From an uncultured Phascolarctobacterium sp. (GTDB taxonomy: Bacteria > Bacillota > Negativicutes > Acidaminococcales > Acidaminococcaceae), in the NCBI GenBank assembly GCA_900545025.1, contig UQXH01000001.1:55206-119205 (forward strand): a DNA stretch of 64,000 nucleotides, in the 5' to 3' direction. Positions 19,064 to 29,497 of this stretch are shown here, one piece after another; position 1 is the first letter of the stretch, and the number at the start of each line of letters is the position of its first letter. Made by a program: the position numbers and the translations under genes. The notes beneath the pieces were generated by a model, which saw nothing but the letters and a program-made list of their open reading frames with translations, ran no database searches and was not told the DNA's origin.

Positions 19064-19948
19064 ATGGACTTAAAATATCTTAATACTTTTCGTACAATAA
19101 TAGAAAATGGAAGCTTTGCTAAAGCTGCTGCACAACTAAATTACACACAGTCTGCTATTACATTTCAAATAATGCAACTTGAAAAAGAGCTTGGTGTACA
19201 GCTGTTTGAAAAAGCTGGCAGAAAAATGATTCCTACGCAGGCAGGGAGACAACTGATACCATATGTAAATGATGTGTTTGCATCAGTTGATAAGTTATAT
19301 TCTTTTACTGAAATTGTTTCTGAATGTCAGGGTGATTTATATATTGGTGCAGGGGAAACGCTGCTGTGTTATAAATTACCTGCAGTGTTGAAAGAGTTTC
19401 ATCGACAGGCGCCTAAAGCAAAGCTGCATCTGCGCTCCATGAACTGTTATGATATCCGGGATGAACTGCTTGATGGAAATCTCGATATTGGTGTTTTTTA
19501 TGAAGATGTAGGTGGTTTTGGCTCTAATCTGACTGTTTATCCCTGTGGAGAGTATCCTTTGGCATTGGTTGCTTCTCCAGATATGGGCAAAGTGTATTGT
19601 GATTTTGTAACAGGGGACAAAAAATTGCCAGTTTCTTTTATAATCAATGAAACTAATTGTATTTTCCGGCAGATATTTGAAGATTACTTGAAAGAAAAGT
19701 CGCTGATATTGGATCATACAATAGAGCTTTGGAGCATACCGACAATTAAGAATTTAGTCAAAAGTGATGTAGGCATTTCGTTCCTACCGCGTTTTGCTGT
19801 TGCCAGGGAATTAGCAGCAGGAGAGTTAGTAGAATTACCAACTGCTGTTTCTCATCCTTATATTAGGGCTGTATGTGCACATCATAAAAATAAGTGGATA
19901 AGCCCTTTAGTACAACTGTTTATTGATTTATGCAAGGGTATTGAATAA
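19064..19948 (+). CDS. LysR family transcriptional regulator
   Basis: N-terminal HTH (FAKAAAQLNYTQSAITFQIMQLEKELGVQLFEK) and LysR substrate-binding domain. Divergent from the GNAT gene. Confidence 0.85.
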   Translation: MDLKYLNTFRTIIENGSFAKAAAQLNYTQSAITFQIMQLEKELGVQLFEKAGRKMIPTQAGRQLIPYVNDVFASVDKLYSFTEIVSECQGDLYIGAGETLLCYKLPAVLKEFHRQAPKAKLHLRSMNCYDIRDELLDGNLDIGVFYEDVGGFGSNLTVYPCGEYPLALVASPDMGKVYCDFVTGDKKLPVSFIINETNCIFRQIFEDYLKEKSLILDHTIELWSIPTIKNLVKSDVGISFLPRFAVARELAAGELVELPTAVSHPYIRAVCAHHKNKWISPLVQLFIDLCKGIE

Positions 19949-20035
19949 AATATGCTTTAAATGTCGAAAAGTTTACTTATGTGGGAAATAAAAAGCTGAA
20001 AGATCATTTAGCTATTTATACTAAAGGTAGAATAT

Positions 20036-21652
20036 ATGAAGAAATTTTTTAGTAAATTGATATTGCCGTTAGCTATTGTTGCCAGTGTTATGTTTTGGCC
20101 ATTGCTGGTTTTAGCGGCTGAGAAGGATATAATTATTTTACATACTAATGATATTCACTGTGGTATTGAAGATAATATCGGGATGGCAGCAGTGGCTGAA
20201 TATAAAAACGAATTAAGCAAAAATAATTATGTTCTTTTAGTAGATGCCGGAGATGCGGTTCAGGGAGCGCCGCTGGGAAAATTGTCAGAAGGGGCAGCAA
20301 TAATCAAGGTGATGAATGCAGCAGGGTATGATTTTACTGTTCCCGGTAACCATGAGTTTGATTATGGGATGGACAGGTTTTTTCAATTATCCAAACAGTT
20401 AAAAGGCGGATATTACAGTGCCAATCTGCTGGATATGCGTACAGGTAAACTTGTTTTGCCGCCTTATAAAATATTTGATGTTGCAGGCGTTAAGATAGCT
20501 TTTATTGGTGTTACTACTCCAGAAACACTTGTTTCATCTACGCCGGCGTATTTTCAGGATAATAACGGGAATTTTATTTACGGATTTTATGAAAGTGATG
20601 ATGGCGGCAGATTGTACAGACAACTGCAAAAGTATATTGACGAGGCAAAAGCGCAGGGGGCAGAATATGTATTTTTAGTAGGACATCTCGGACTTAATGG
20701 GACATCACCTTATTACAGTAGTGCTGCGATAATACGTAACACGAGTGGCTTAAGTGCTGTGTTTGATGGGCATTCACATGAGCAGGTAGCTGGCTTGCAT
20801 GTTAAGGACAAAGAAGAAAAAGAAGTTTTATTAGGACAAACAGGCACAAGATTACAGACAATAGGAAAGCTGACGCTGAAAACTGACGGCAGTATGGATT
20901 ATAAGCTGGTCAAAGGTTTGCATAAAAAAGATAGTAAGATTAGTAAATTGGTTGCTGAAGAAAATGCTACATATGAATCTTTGTTACAGGAACCTGTTGG
21001 TAAGGCAATAGTACCGTTATATGTCAATGATCCGGTAACAGGTATCCGCATGGTACGCTGCAGAGAGTGCAGTATGGGCAATTTTGTTGCTGATGCTTAT
21101 CGAGCTGTCTTAAATACGGATGTTGCTATTGTTAATGGCGGCGGAATCAGGGCTGATTTTAAAACAGGCATGTTTAATTATAATGATGTTTTACAAGCAC
21201 TGCCCTTCGGTAATATATGCATGGCAATAGAGATAACAGGCCAGCAGCTTTTAGATGCTTTGGAGATGGGGGCTGCTGATTATCCTCAGGAGAGTGGTGC
21301 TTTTATGCAGGTTTCAGGTCTTTCGTATATGATTGACAGCAGTGTAGCTTCCTCGGTGTTGAAAGATGAGAAAGGTAATTTTAAAGGAGTTGGCGGGCAG
21401 TATCGGGTAAAAAATGTTAGTGTAGGAAATAGACCGCTGGAAATTAACAGAAAATATACCGTAGCCGGAAGTTCTTACATACTGAAAGATGGTGGTAACG
21501 GTATGACGATGTTTAAAGGAGCAAGAGTACTTCAGGCTGCTGCCGGCAATGAAACAGATGTTTTTATTGAATATGTTCAAAACCATTTAAACGCAATTAT
21601 CGGTGTGGCATATGCAGAGCCTTACGGAAATGGCAGAATAACACTGAAGTGA
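20036..21652 (+). CDS. Secreted bifunctional metallophosphatase / 5'-nucleotidase
   Basis: Signal peptide. Metallophosphatase motifs HTNDIHCG and GNHEFD. C-terminal 5'-nucleotidase substrate-binding domain. Confidence 0.85.
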   Translation: MKKFFSKLILPLAIVASVMFWPLLVLAAEKDIIILHTNDIHCGIEDNIGMAAVAEYKNELSKNNYVLLVDAGDAVQGAPLGKLSEGAAIIKVMNAAGYDFTVPGNHEFDYGMDRFFQLSKQLKGGYYSANLLDMRTGKLVLPPYKIFDVAGVKIAFIGVTTPETLVSSTPAYFQDNNGNFIYGFYESDDGGRLYRQLQKYIDEAKAQGAEYVFLVGHLGLNGTSPYYSSAAIIRNTSGLSAVFDGHSHEQVAGLHVKDKEEKEVLLGQTGTRLQTIGKLTLKTDGSMDYKLVKGLHKKDSKISKLVAEENATYESLLQEPVGKAIVPLYVNDPVTGIRMVRCRECSMGNFVADAYRAVLNTDVAIVNGGGIRADFKTGMFNYNDVLQALPFGNICMAIEITGQQLLDALEMGAADYPQESGAFMQVSGLSYMIDSSVASSVLKDEKGNFKGVGGQYRVKNVSVGNRPLEINRKYTVAGSSYILKDGGNGMTMFKGARVLQAAAGNETDVFIEYVQNHLNAIIGVAYAEPYGNGRITLK

Positions 21653-21708
21653 TACGGTAACTATCGGCTTATTTGACTTATATTTTTATATATGTTAAAC
21701 TAAATCAC

Positions 21709-22059
21709 GTGAGTGTGAAAGATAATCGCGGCTGGCGTAGGCCAGATGAGGAAAGTCCGAGCTCCATAGGGCAGGATGCCGGATAACGTCCGGCGAGGGT
21801 GACCTCAGGGAGAGTGCCACAGAAATGTGTACCGCCTGCTTTTGCAGGTAAGGGTGGAACGGTGCGGTAAGAGCGCACCAGCAGTTGGGTAACCAGCTGG
21901 CTAGGTAAACCCCATCCGGAGCAAGACCGAATAGGGAAGGGATGAAGCGGCCCGCTGATCCTTCCGGGTTGTGTCGCTTGAGCCTGTAAGTAATTACAGG
22001 CCTAGATAAATGATTATCACCGCTTGGCGGAACAGAACTCGGCTTAATGAGCACTCATA
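21709..22059 (+). ncRNA. rnpB: RNase P RNA, bacterial type A
   Basis: GAGGAAAGTCCGAGCTCCATAGGGCAGGATGCC, GGTAAGGGTGGAACGGTGCGGTAAGAGCGCACC and 3' ACAGAACTCGGCTTA match the type-A consensus, E. coli-like. P1 pairs tgagtg with cactca. The antisense ORF 21695..22054 is spurious. Confidence 0.85.
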
Positions 22060-22068
22060 CATGCAATC

Positions 22069-22097
22069 AAAGACACGTGGTTTCACGTGTCTTTTTC
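22069..22097 (+). terminator. Rho-independent terminator after rnpB
   Basis: aagacacgtg-gttt-cacgtgtctt followed by TTTCG. Confidence 0.75.
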
Positions 22098-22206
22098 GTG
22101 TTGTTTTTAGCAGGCGCCTTTATGGTTAAGATTGGTTTAATATTTGCAAACTATAATAAGTGTTAACTTTTAATCTTAATCTATTTATTGAATATGGTGG
22201 AACTTG

Positions 22207-23133
22207 ATGAAAAAAATTTCTATTGTCGTTCCTGTATATAACGAGCAGGACAATTTACGTGAATTTTATAAACGCCTCACAGCTATTATGTGTTTAGAAG
22301 ATTATGAATATAATCTTATCTTTGTTGACGATGGCTCTCAAGATAGCAGTGCTTTAATTTTAAAGCAGTTAGTTGAGCAAGATGAGCACGTAGAGGCCTA
22401 TCTGCTTTCGCGCAATTACGGGCATCAGATGGCATTAACCTGTGGTTTGGATAATGCGGATGGTAATGCTGTTATTACTATGGATGGCGATTTACAGCAT
22501 CCGCCGGAACTTCTGCCGAAGTTAATACGTTTGTGGGAAGAAGGCAGTGAAATTGTCATGACCAAGCGTTTGGCAACAGAAGATGCTGGTTTTCTTAAAA
22601 ATTTAACTTCTTCGTTGTATTATAAGCTGATTAATACCCTGTCTAAGGTCGAAATCACTCCCGGCGGCTCTGATTTTCGGCTGATGGATAAAAAAGCGGT
22701 AGAGGCTTTCAGATTATATCGTGAGCGGGCACGTTTTATCCGTGGTATGGTAAGTACTCTTGGCTTTAATGTATCTGTAGTAGAGTTTATTGCGCCGCCT
22801 CGTTTTGCCGGACACTCTAAATTCAACCTGCATAAAATGCTGCATTTTGCGTTGGATGGCATTACTGCTTTTTCTAACCTGCCTTTACGTTGGGCGTTTT
22901 ATCTGGGTCTTTTCTTTGGCTTATGCAGTATGCTGCTGTTAGGACATGTTTTTTATGTTAAATTTATCAGTGATGATGCAGTTCCGGGTTGGGCTACAAC
23001 TACAGTAAGCATACTTTTCCTTGGTGGTATCCAATTAGTGGGAATTGGGATTTTAGGTGAATATATAGGTCGTATATTTGAAGAAATTAAGCATAGACCA
23101 CTTTATTTAGTATCAAAACACCTGAAAAAATGA
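22207..23133 (+). CDS. GT2 family polyprenyl-phosphate glycosyltransferase (ArnC/GtrB/DPM1-like) with C-terminal TM helices
   Basis: IVVPVYNEQDNL...FVDDGSQD and DGDLQHPPE (DXD region). Two C-terminal TM segments. Confidence 0.8.
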   Translation: MKKISIVVPVYNEQDNLREFYKRLTAIMCLEDYEYNLIFVDDGSQDSSALILKQLVEQDEHVEAYLLSRNYGHQMALTCGLDNADGNAVITMDGDLQHPPELLPKLIRLWEEGSEIVMTKRLATEDAGFLKNLTSSLYYKLINTLSKVEITPGGSDFRLMDKKAVEAFRLYRERARFIRGMVSTLGFNVSVVEFIAPPRFAGHSKFNLHKMLHFALDGITAFSNLPLRWAFYLGLFFGLCSMLLLGHVFYVKFISDDAVPGWATTTVSILFLGGIQLVGIGILGEYIGRIFEEIKHRPLYLVSKHLKK

Positions 23134-23191
23134 TTTTTATTTTACAGAAAGCCTTTTTTATGCTAAAATGTATGTGTATTAGGCGGAAAGG

Positions 23192-23872
23192 ATGTGGATG
23201 CCTTTGGGAAAAAAGAAACTGTTTATAACTTTAACTTTTACCCTTTTGTTTTCCTTAACAAATGCTATTGCCGCATTTGCGTCTTTTGAACGTGGAGATG
23301 ACGGTCAGGATGTAATGGCTATTCAAAAGCGTTTGGTGGAATTAAGTTACACTATTACTAATATAGATGGTGATTTTGGCCCTGAGACCGAGAATGCTGT
23401 TAAAAAATTTCAGGCTGACAGAGGTTTGGAAGTCGATGGTGTAATTGGTCCTGATACATACAGAGCGTTAATGAACAAAGATATTCCGCCTAACCGTGGC
23501 AGAAGTTCTATTGTACGCCGCGTATTGAGCGCAGCTTATAGCGTCATTGGCACTCCATATGTATTTGGAGGTACGTCTCCTTATGGATTTGATTGTTCCG
23601 GATTTACCCAGTATGCTTTTGCGCAGGCTGGCATTTCTATTCCTAGGACAGCGGACAGCCAGCTGTATTATGGACGTCAGGTATCCATGAACAATTTGCG
23701 TGTAGGTGATTTAATTTTCTTTACCACTTATGAGCCTGGCGCATCCCATTGCGGTATTTATGTAGGTAATGGCAATTTTATTCATGCTGGTACAAGCACA
23801 GGTGTAACTGTAGCTTCTGCTTTTACCGGTTACTGGGGAGCTCGTTATTACGGAGCTTGCAGAATTTTATAA
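23192..23872 (+). CDS. Secreted peptidoglycan-binding (PG_binding_1) + NlpC/P60 (C40) cell-wall peptidase
   Basis: Signal peptide. PG-binding repeat (DVMAIQKRLVELSY...DGDFGPETENAVKKFQ). NlpC/P60 catalytic Cys (DCSGFTQYAF) and His (HCGIYVG). Confidence 0.85.
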   Translation: MWMPLGKKKLFITLTFTLLFSLTNAIAAFASFERGDDGQDVMAIQKRLVELSYTITNIDGDFGPETENAVKKFQADRGLEVDGVIGPDTYRALMNKDIPPNRGRSSIVRRVLSAAYSVIGTPYVFGGTSPYGFDCSGFTQYAFAQAGISIPRTADSQLYYGRQVSMNNLRVGDLIFFTTYEPGASHCGIYVGNGNFIHAGTSTGVTVASAFTGYWGARYYGACRIL

Positions 23873-23880
23873 TTTTCTAA

Positions 23881-23910
23881 ACAGACAGGCATATCGCCTG
23901 TCTGTTTTCG
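23881..23910 (+). terminator. Rho-independent terminator
   Basis: acagacaggc-atat-cgcctgtctgt followed by TTTCG. Confidence 0.75.
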
Positions 23911-24007
23911 TTTAGATAGAAAATTTAAATAAGCAGTTAAAATTTTTCTGTGATATTGGTTTTTTGACTTGTATGTGATATAATATCAAAGTAATTCCTT
24001 ATATGAG

Positions 24008-24235
24008 TGCTTTTCAGCTTAAATGGTTAGAAGATTTTCAATCGCTACGGTCCCGCCGCTGTGCAAGTATATGCTTAAGTCAGCAGCCAACTCATATAGA
24101 TAGCTATAATCCACGAGCGATGGAGGCAGCAATGATAAGCCATGACTAAGGTCTGTGGTAAATTGATTGTGTCTTAAAGACTTCTGTCGTTCTGGCAGGA
24201 GTCTTTCTTGTTTATCAGTAATATTTTGCATTTGA
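24008..24235 (+). promoter_or_regulatory. Cobalamin (B12) riboswitch leader of the cbi operon, preceded by an extended -10 promoter (TGaTATAAT at ~23974-23985)
   Basis: The B12-box-like core GGTCCCGCCGCTGT at 24049-24062 is close to the consensus CCCGCCACTGT. The ~250-nt structured untranslated leader sits directly upstream of cbiD. Confidence 0.55.
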
Positions 24236-24259
24236 GAGTTTATTAAAGGAGTTGTGGCT

Positions 24260-25396
24260 GTGGAAGAATATCAATTTTCCCAAGGTAAAAATCTGCGTTG
24301 TGGATACACTACCGGTAGCTGCGCAGCTGCTGCTTCTAAAGCTGCCGCGGCTATGCTTTTGAGCGGCAATAGGGTAGACGTGGTAAAAATAGATACTCCT
24401 AAAGGTATTGTGCTGGAATTAGAACCGCTCAATGTTGAAATTACTCCAGAATATGCAGTATGTGCAATTCGTAAGGATTCCGGTGATGACCCTGATGATA
24501 CTAATGGCGTATTGGTTTATGCTAAAGTAGAAAAAAATTCAGGAACCGGAGTGGAAATTGAGGGTGGTATAGGCGTAGGTCGAGTTACTAAGCCAGGTCT
24601 TGCATGCGCCGTAGGTGGTCCGGCTATCAATCCTACACCGAGAAAGATGATTACGGATGAGGTTACTTCTGTTGCGGTAGCTGCCGGGTATAATGGCGCG
24701 TTAAAAGTTACTGTTTCCATACCGGAAGGAGTAGAGATTGCAAAGAAAACCTTTAATCCCAGACTTGGAATAGTAGGAGGATTATCAGTTTTAGGTACCA
24801 GCGGTATTGTTGAGCCGATGAGTGATAAAGCGTTGGTTGATACAATGTATGTAGAAATAAATGCTCAAAAAGCTAAAGGAAATAAAAATCTTTTGGTATT
24901 CTTTGGCAATTATGGAGAAGATTTCACTCGCGACGCGCTAAAGCTTGATTTATCAGATTCTGTTACCTGCAGTAATTTTGTAGGAGAATTATTAGATTAT
25001 GCTGTTTTCTGCGGATTTGAAAGCCTGCTTCTAATTGGGCACTCCGGTAAGCTGATAAAGCTTGCTCAGGGAGTCATGAACACCCATTCTAAATACGCCG
25101 ATTGTCGTACAGAGCTTTTAGCGCTGCAGGCAATGTTCCATGGCGCATCTGTTGAAGTAGGTAAAGAAATTTACAAATGCCTTACTACAGATGAAGTTAT
25201 TAAGATTCTGCAGCGTGAAAAACTGCAGGAACAGGTTATGCAGGAAATTACTGCTAAAATTGATTTTTACATGCAGCATCGTGTGCATGGTAAAATAAAG
25301 ACCGCGGCGCTGATGTTTTCCAACGTTTACGGCGTTTTAGGTGAAACTGAGCATGCGGAAGAGCTTATCAAACTACATGTAAAAAAAGGAGAATGA
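24260..25396 (+). CDS. cbiD: Cobalt-precorrin-5B (C1)-methyltransferase
   Basis: LRCGYTTGSCAAAASKAAA is the CbiD N-terminal signature. GTG at 24260 is 8 nt after AAAGGAG; the track start 24254 is too close to the RBS. Confidence 0.85.
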   Translation: MEEYQFSQGKNLRCGYTTGSCAAAASKAAAAMLLSGNRVDVVKIDTPKGIVLELEPLNVEITPEYAVCAIRKDSGDDPDDTNGVLVYAKVEKNSGTGVEIEGGIGVGRVTKPGLACAVGGPAINPTPRKMITDEVTSVAVAAGYNGALKVTVSIPEGVEIAKKTFNPRLGIVGGLSVLGTSGIVEPMSDKALVDTMYVEINAQKAKGNKNLLVFFGNYGEDFTRDALKLDLSDSVTCSNFVGELLDYAVFCGFESLLLIGHSGKLIKLAQGVMNTHSKYADCRTELLALQAMFHGASVEVGKEIYKCLTTDEVIKILQREKLQEQVMQEITAKIDFYMQHRVHGKIKTAALMFSNVYGVLGETEHAEELIKLHVKKGE

Positions 25397-25403
25397 GAGA
25401 AAT

Positions 25404-26105
25404 ATGAGAGGTAAACTTTACAGTGTTGGTATCGGCCCCGGAGATCCGGAACTTTTGACCTTAAAAGCTGTACGCCTGTTGAAAGAATGTGATGTCGTTG
25501 CATTGCCGAAAGGTGATACTGATGTAATGACTGCAAAAAATATTGTTAATCAGGTTGTAAATCTTGATGAAAAAGAACAACTGATTATCTATATGCCTAT
25601 GACTAAAGATATGGCTGCTATGGACAAAGCACATCGTGAAGGTGCTGAAGCGGTTATCAAGCTTCTTGACCAAGGCAAAAACGTTGTCTTCATTACTTTA
25701 GGCTGTCCGACAGTATATGCAACCTGCATCTATGTACATAAACTTGTTCTTGCTGCGGGTTATGATGCTGAACTGGTTGCTGGTGTAACCTCCATATGTG
25801 CTGTTGCTGCAAGATTGAACACTTCTTTGTGTGAAAGAGCCGAACCGCTGATTATCCTTCCTGGCAGCTATAAAGAAGCAGCTAAGTTCCTCGATGGCCC
25901 TGGCAACAAGGTGTTAATGAAATCTGCCAGCGAAATCGGACGTGTGCGTGAAGAGCTGAGAGAACGCGGATTGATTGCTAATGCTGCTATGGTTGAACGC
26001 TGCGGTCTTCCCGGTGAAAAAGTTTACCGTGATTTGGAACAGATTGATCCTAACAGCAGTTATTTCTCTGTTATATTGGTCAAAGAAAAGGAGTTTGATA
26101 AATAA
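25404..26105 (+). CDS. cbiL: Cobalt-precorrin-2 C20-methyltransferase
   Basis: GKLYSVGIGPGDPELLTLKAV is the tetrapyrrole methylase N-terminus. ~233 aa and position after cbiD. Confidence 0.8.
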   Translation: MRGKLYSVGIGPGDPELLTLKAVRLLKECDVVALPKGDTDVMTAKNIVNQVVNLDEKEQLIIYMPMTKDMAAMDKAHREGAEAVIKLLDQGKNVVFITLGCPTVYATCIYVHKLVLAAGYDAELVAGVTSICAVAARLNTSLCERAEPLIILPGSYKEAAKFLDGPGNKVLMKSASEIGRVREELRERGLIANAAMVERCGLPGEKVYRDLEQIDPNSSYFSVILVKEKEFDK

Positions 26106-26890
26106 TGATTTACTTTATTGGTGCAGGACCTGGTGCTGTTGATCTGATTACTGTTAAAGGTAAAGAATTGCTTGAAAAAGCCGATTTAATTATTTATGCA
26201 GGCTCTCTGGTTAATCCCGGTTTATTGCAATACGCTAAACCGGAATGTGTTATTATGGACAGCGCAAAAATGACTTTGGAAGAAGTTATTGCTGCTATGG
26301 TACCGGCTGCTCAAGCTGGTAAACTTGTTGTACGCTTGCATACTGGTGACCCCAGTGTATATGGTGCACATCGTGAACAAATTGATATGCTGCGCAGCTA
26401 CAATCTGGACTTTGAAATTGTGCCTGGTGTAAGTTCTTTCTGTGCCGCAGCTGCTGCGTTAGATGCAGAATATACTCTGCCGAATGTTAGCCAGTCTGTA
26501 ATTATTACTCGTATGGAAGGACGCACTCCCGTTCCTAACAAACAAAAGATTGCTGATTATGCAGCTCATAAAGCTACCATGGTTATTTTCCTCAGCTCCG
26601 GTATGCTGGAAAAACTGCAGGGCGAGCTGATTAAAGGCGGTTATACTGCTGATACTCCGGCAGCTATTGTTTACAAAGCTTCCTGGCCAGATGAAAAAGT
26701 TGTACGCTGCACCGTAGGTACTCTTGCTGAAAGTGCTGCTAAATACAATATTACTAAGACTGCGCTTATCACTGTAGGTAACTTCCTCGGCAGCGAATAT
26801 GACCGCAGCGAACTTTACAATCCTACCTTTGCTCACGGCTATCGTGAAGCAGATCCTACAAAGCTGGATCTTAAACCAGAGGTAAAATAA
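26105..26890 (+). CDS. cbiF: Cobalt-precorrin-4 C11-methyltransferase
   Basis: MIYFIGAGPGAVDLITVKG. ~260 aa CbiF/CobM-like. Confidence 0.8.
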   Translation: MIYFIGAGPGAVDLITVKGKELLEKADLIIYAGSLVNPGLLQYAKPECVIMDSAKMTLEEVIAAMVPAAQAGKLVVRLHTGDPSVYGAHREQIDMLRSYNLDFEIVPGVSSFCAAAAALDAEYTLPNVSQSVIITRMEGRTPVPNKQKIADYAAHKATMVIFLSSGMLEKLQGELIKGGYTADTPAAIVYKASWPDEKVVRCTVGTLAESAAKYNITKTALITVGNFLGSEYDRSELYNPTFAHGYREADPTKLDLKPEVK

Positions 26891-27961
26891 ATGCAGGCGG
26901 TTGTCTATTCCTTTTCACGGCGCGGAGCTGAGCTTAGTAAAAAAGTATGTGCGTGTTTAACAGCAGCAGGATATAATGCTGCAGCTCAAACTTTGCCTAA
27001 ATATGCAGCTGACGCTGGAATAGGAGTAATGCTGCCGGATTATAAAACTGCGTGTGCAGAAGCTTTTGACAAGTGCGGAATAATTGTTTTTGTTGGTGCG
27101 GCCGGAATAGCTGTGCGAACCATTGCTCCTTACATAAAAAGCAAACTGACTGATCCGGCAGTTATTTCTGTTGATGAAAAAGGTAATTTTGTTATACCTC
27201 TTTTAGCTGGTCATATTGGCGGCGCTAATGAGATAGCTCGTTATCTGGCTGAGTTTTTAGGGGGGATAGCTTGTGTAACAACAGCTACTGATGTTAATGG
27301 ACTATTTGCAGTAGATGAATGGGCAGCGCGTAATCGAATGACAATTGATTCTATGCATGCTGCTAAAGAATTTGCTGCTGCGCTTGTGGCAGAAGAGATT
27401 GTAGGTCTGACAAGTGAATTTCCTGTTGTAAGTGCATTGCCGAAAGGTATGCAGCTTTATGGGGAAGACAGCATTTTTCCTGTAGGTCTGAATATTGCTT
27501 TGAATACCAGCAATACTAAATTTGCAACAACACTTCATGTGCTGCCGCGTATTGTTCATCTTGGTATAGGTTGCAGACGCGGCACTGCATGCGCCAATAT
27601 TGCTGCACTTGTGCTGCCTGAATTAGAACGATTGCATATAGATAAACGTTCTGTCTGCAGCATAGCTTCTGTTGATTTGAAAAAAGATGAACAGGGATTG
27701 CTGGAATTTGCTGCAGTTAATGGGTGGCAGGCTAATTTTTATACAGCGGATGAACTCAATGCTGTTGCGGGTGAATTTACATCTTCGGCCTTCGTTAGAG
27801 GTATAGTAGGTGTAGATAATGTCTGTGAACGCAGTGCAGTGAAGGACAGTAACGGCGGAAGCCTGCTGTTGCATAAGACCAGTAAAAATGGTGTAACATT
27901 AGCGGTAGCTGTAGAAGATATAGTTATAGATTTTTTTAAGACAGGTTTAAAAACTGAGTAA
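26891..27961 (+). CDS. cbiG: Cobalt-precorrin-5A hydrolase
   Basis: 356 aa with CbiG N- and C-domains (LGIGCRRG). Conserved position between cbiF and cbiH. Confidence 0.8.
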   Translation: MQAVVYSFSRRGAELSKKVCACLTAAGYNAAAQTLPKYAADAGIGVMLPDYKTACAEAFDKCGIIVFVGAAGIAVRTIAPYIKSKLTDPAVISVDEKGNFVIPLLAGHIGGANEIARYLAEFLGGIACVTTATDVNGLFAVDEWAARNRMTIDSMHAAKEFAAALVAEEIVGLTSEFPVVSALPKGMQLYGEDSIFPVGLNIALNTSNTKFATTLHVLPRIVHLGIGCRRGTACANIAALVLPELERLHIDKRSVCSIASVDLKKDEQGLLEFAAVNGWQANFYTADELNAVAGEFTSSAFVRGIVGVDNVCERSAVKDSNGGSLLLHKTSKNGVTLAVAVEDIVIDFFKTGLKTE

Positions 27962-27983
27962 ATAATAAGGATGGTTATTATAT

Positions 27984-28715
27984 ATGTCTAAATTGTATGT
28001 TGTTGGCCTCGGTCCTGGCGGCGTTGAACAAATGACTAAAAGAGCTTATGAAGCGCTGCAGTCCTGTGACGTTATCGCAGGTTATCATGTTTATGTTAAT
28101 CTGATTAAGGAAGATTTCAAGGAAAAAGAATTTCTTTCTACCGGTATGCGTAAGGAAGTAGATCGCTGCAAGCTGGCTCTTGATGAAGCACTTAAAGGTA
28201 AAACTGTTGCCATGATTTCCAGTGGTGATGCTGGTGTTTATGGCATGGCTGGCATTATGTTTCAGGTTGCTGCAGATCACCCTGAAGTGGAAATCGAGGT
28301 TGTTCCTGGCATTACAGCAGCTTGCTCTGGCGCAGCTGTACTTGGTGCTCCGCTTATCAGCGATTTTTGTCTTATCTCTTTAAGCGATTTGCTTACTCCG
28401 TGGGAAAAAATTGAAAAAAGACTGGATTGTGCATCTCAAGCTGATTTTTGCATCTGTCTTTACAATCCTTCCAGCATCAAACGTCATGATTATCTGCAAA
28501 AAGCTTGTGATATTATGTTGAAAAATCAAAATGGCGATGTTCCTGCAGGCATTGTACGCAATATTGGTCGTGAAGGTGAAAGCTACGAATTAACTACTCT
28601 GCGTGAGCTGCGTGATAAACAAGTAGATATGTTCTCTACCGTTATTATCGGTAACTCTCAAACACAAGTTATTAACGGCCGTCTTGTTACTCCGCGTGGT
28701 TATAAACTGGTATGA
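27984..28715 (+). CDS. cbiH: Cobalt-factor III / precorrin-3B C17-methyltransferase
   Basis: MSKLYVVGLGPGGVEQMTKRA is the tetrapyrrole methylase fold. 243 aa. Confidence 0.8.
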   Translation: MSKLYVVGLGPGGVEQMTKRAYEALQSCDVIAGYHVYVNLIKEDFKEKEFLSTGMRKEVDRCKLALDEALKGKTVAMISSGDAGVYGMAGIMFQVAADHPEVEIEVVPGITAACSGAAVLGAPLISDFCLISLSDLLTPWEKIEKRLDCASQADFCICLYNPSSIKRHDYLQKACDIMLKNQNGDVPAGIVRNIGREGESYELTTLRELRDKQVDMFSTVIIGNSQTQVINGRLVTPRGYKLV

Positions 28716-29485
28716 AACCGGTAATTTGGATTATTGGCGGTACCAGTGAGGGACGTAATCTTTTAAAAGCTTTGGCAAGTTTTAATCTTGATATTTACGT
28801 TTCTGTTGCTACAGAGTATGGGGCAGAACTTATTGATAAACAGGATAACGTTAAAGTAATGGCTTCAAGAATGGATTTGGCAGCAATGAGAGAATTTCTG
28901 CAGATTCATCGTCCGGAATGCGTTATTGATGCTACTCATCCCTATGCAACAGTGGTAACGGCAACTGTCAAAGAAGCTTGTGCTTTAGAAGATTGTAAGT
29001 ATTTACGTTTATTGCGTCCTTCAAGTGAAAGCGGCGATTATATTACTGTAAGTGACTTTGGTGAAGCAGTTGAGTTGCTTAACCATATGGATGGTAATAT
29101 TTTTCTGACTACCGGCAGTAAGAACCTTAAAGATTTTACTGCTGTCAGAGATTATGCGGAACGTATAGCGCTACGTATCCTGCCAATGGAAGAATCATTG
29201 CATACAGCACTGCAGCTTGGTTATAAACCAGCTAATGTAATTTGTATGCAGGGTCCTTTTTCTAAGGATTTGAATATTACTATGTTAAAAAAATATCGTA
29301 GCAAATTCATGGTAACGAAAGATTCCGGTGCAGCAGGCGGTTTTGATGATAAAGTTGAAGCAGCGGCAGAAGCTGGAGCAAAACTGTTGGTGATTGGTCG
29401 TGAGCCGGAAGAAGGTTCAGGTTACAGTGAAGTATTAAATTATTTGTATCAGCAATATGCGGATACTCGAGTTTCTAAAAATTAA
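28712..29485 (+). CDS. cbiJ: Cobalt-precorrin-6A reductase
   Basis: MKPVIWIIGGTSEGR is the CbiJ/CobK N-terminus. 257 aa. Confidence 0.8.
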   Translation: MKPVIWIIGGTSEGRNLLKALASFNLDIYVSVATEYGAELIDKQDNVKVMASRMDLAAMREFLQIHRPECVIDATHPYATVVTATVKEACALEDCKYLRLLRPSSESGDYITVSDFGEAVELLNHMDGNIFLTTGSKNLKDFTAVRDYAERIALRILPMEESLHTALQLGYKPANVICMQGPFSKDLNITMLKKYRSKFMVTKDSGAAGGFDDKVEAAAEAGAKLLVIGREPEEGSGYSEVLNYLYQQYADTRVSKN

Positions 29486-29497
29486 GGAGTGCTGATT

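Noticed and set aside
21695-22054. 119-aa minus-strand ORF
   Set aside because: Lies entirely antisense within the RNase P RNA gene. No RBS. Spurious.
24019-24231. 70-aa minus-strand ORF
   Set aside because: Sits inside the structured cobalamin-riboswitch leader, antisense to the operon.
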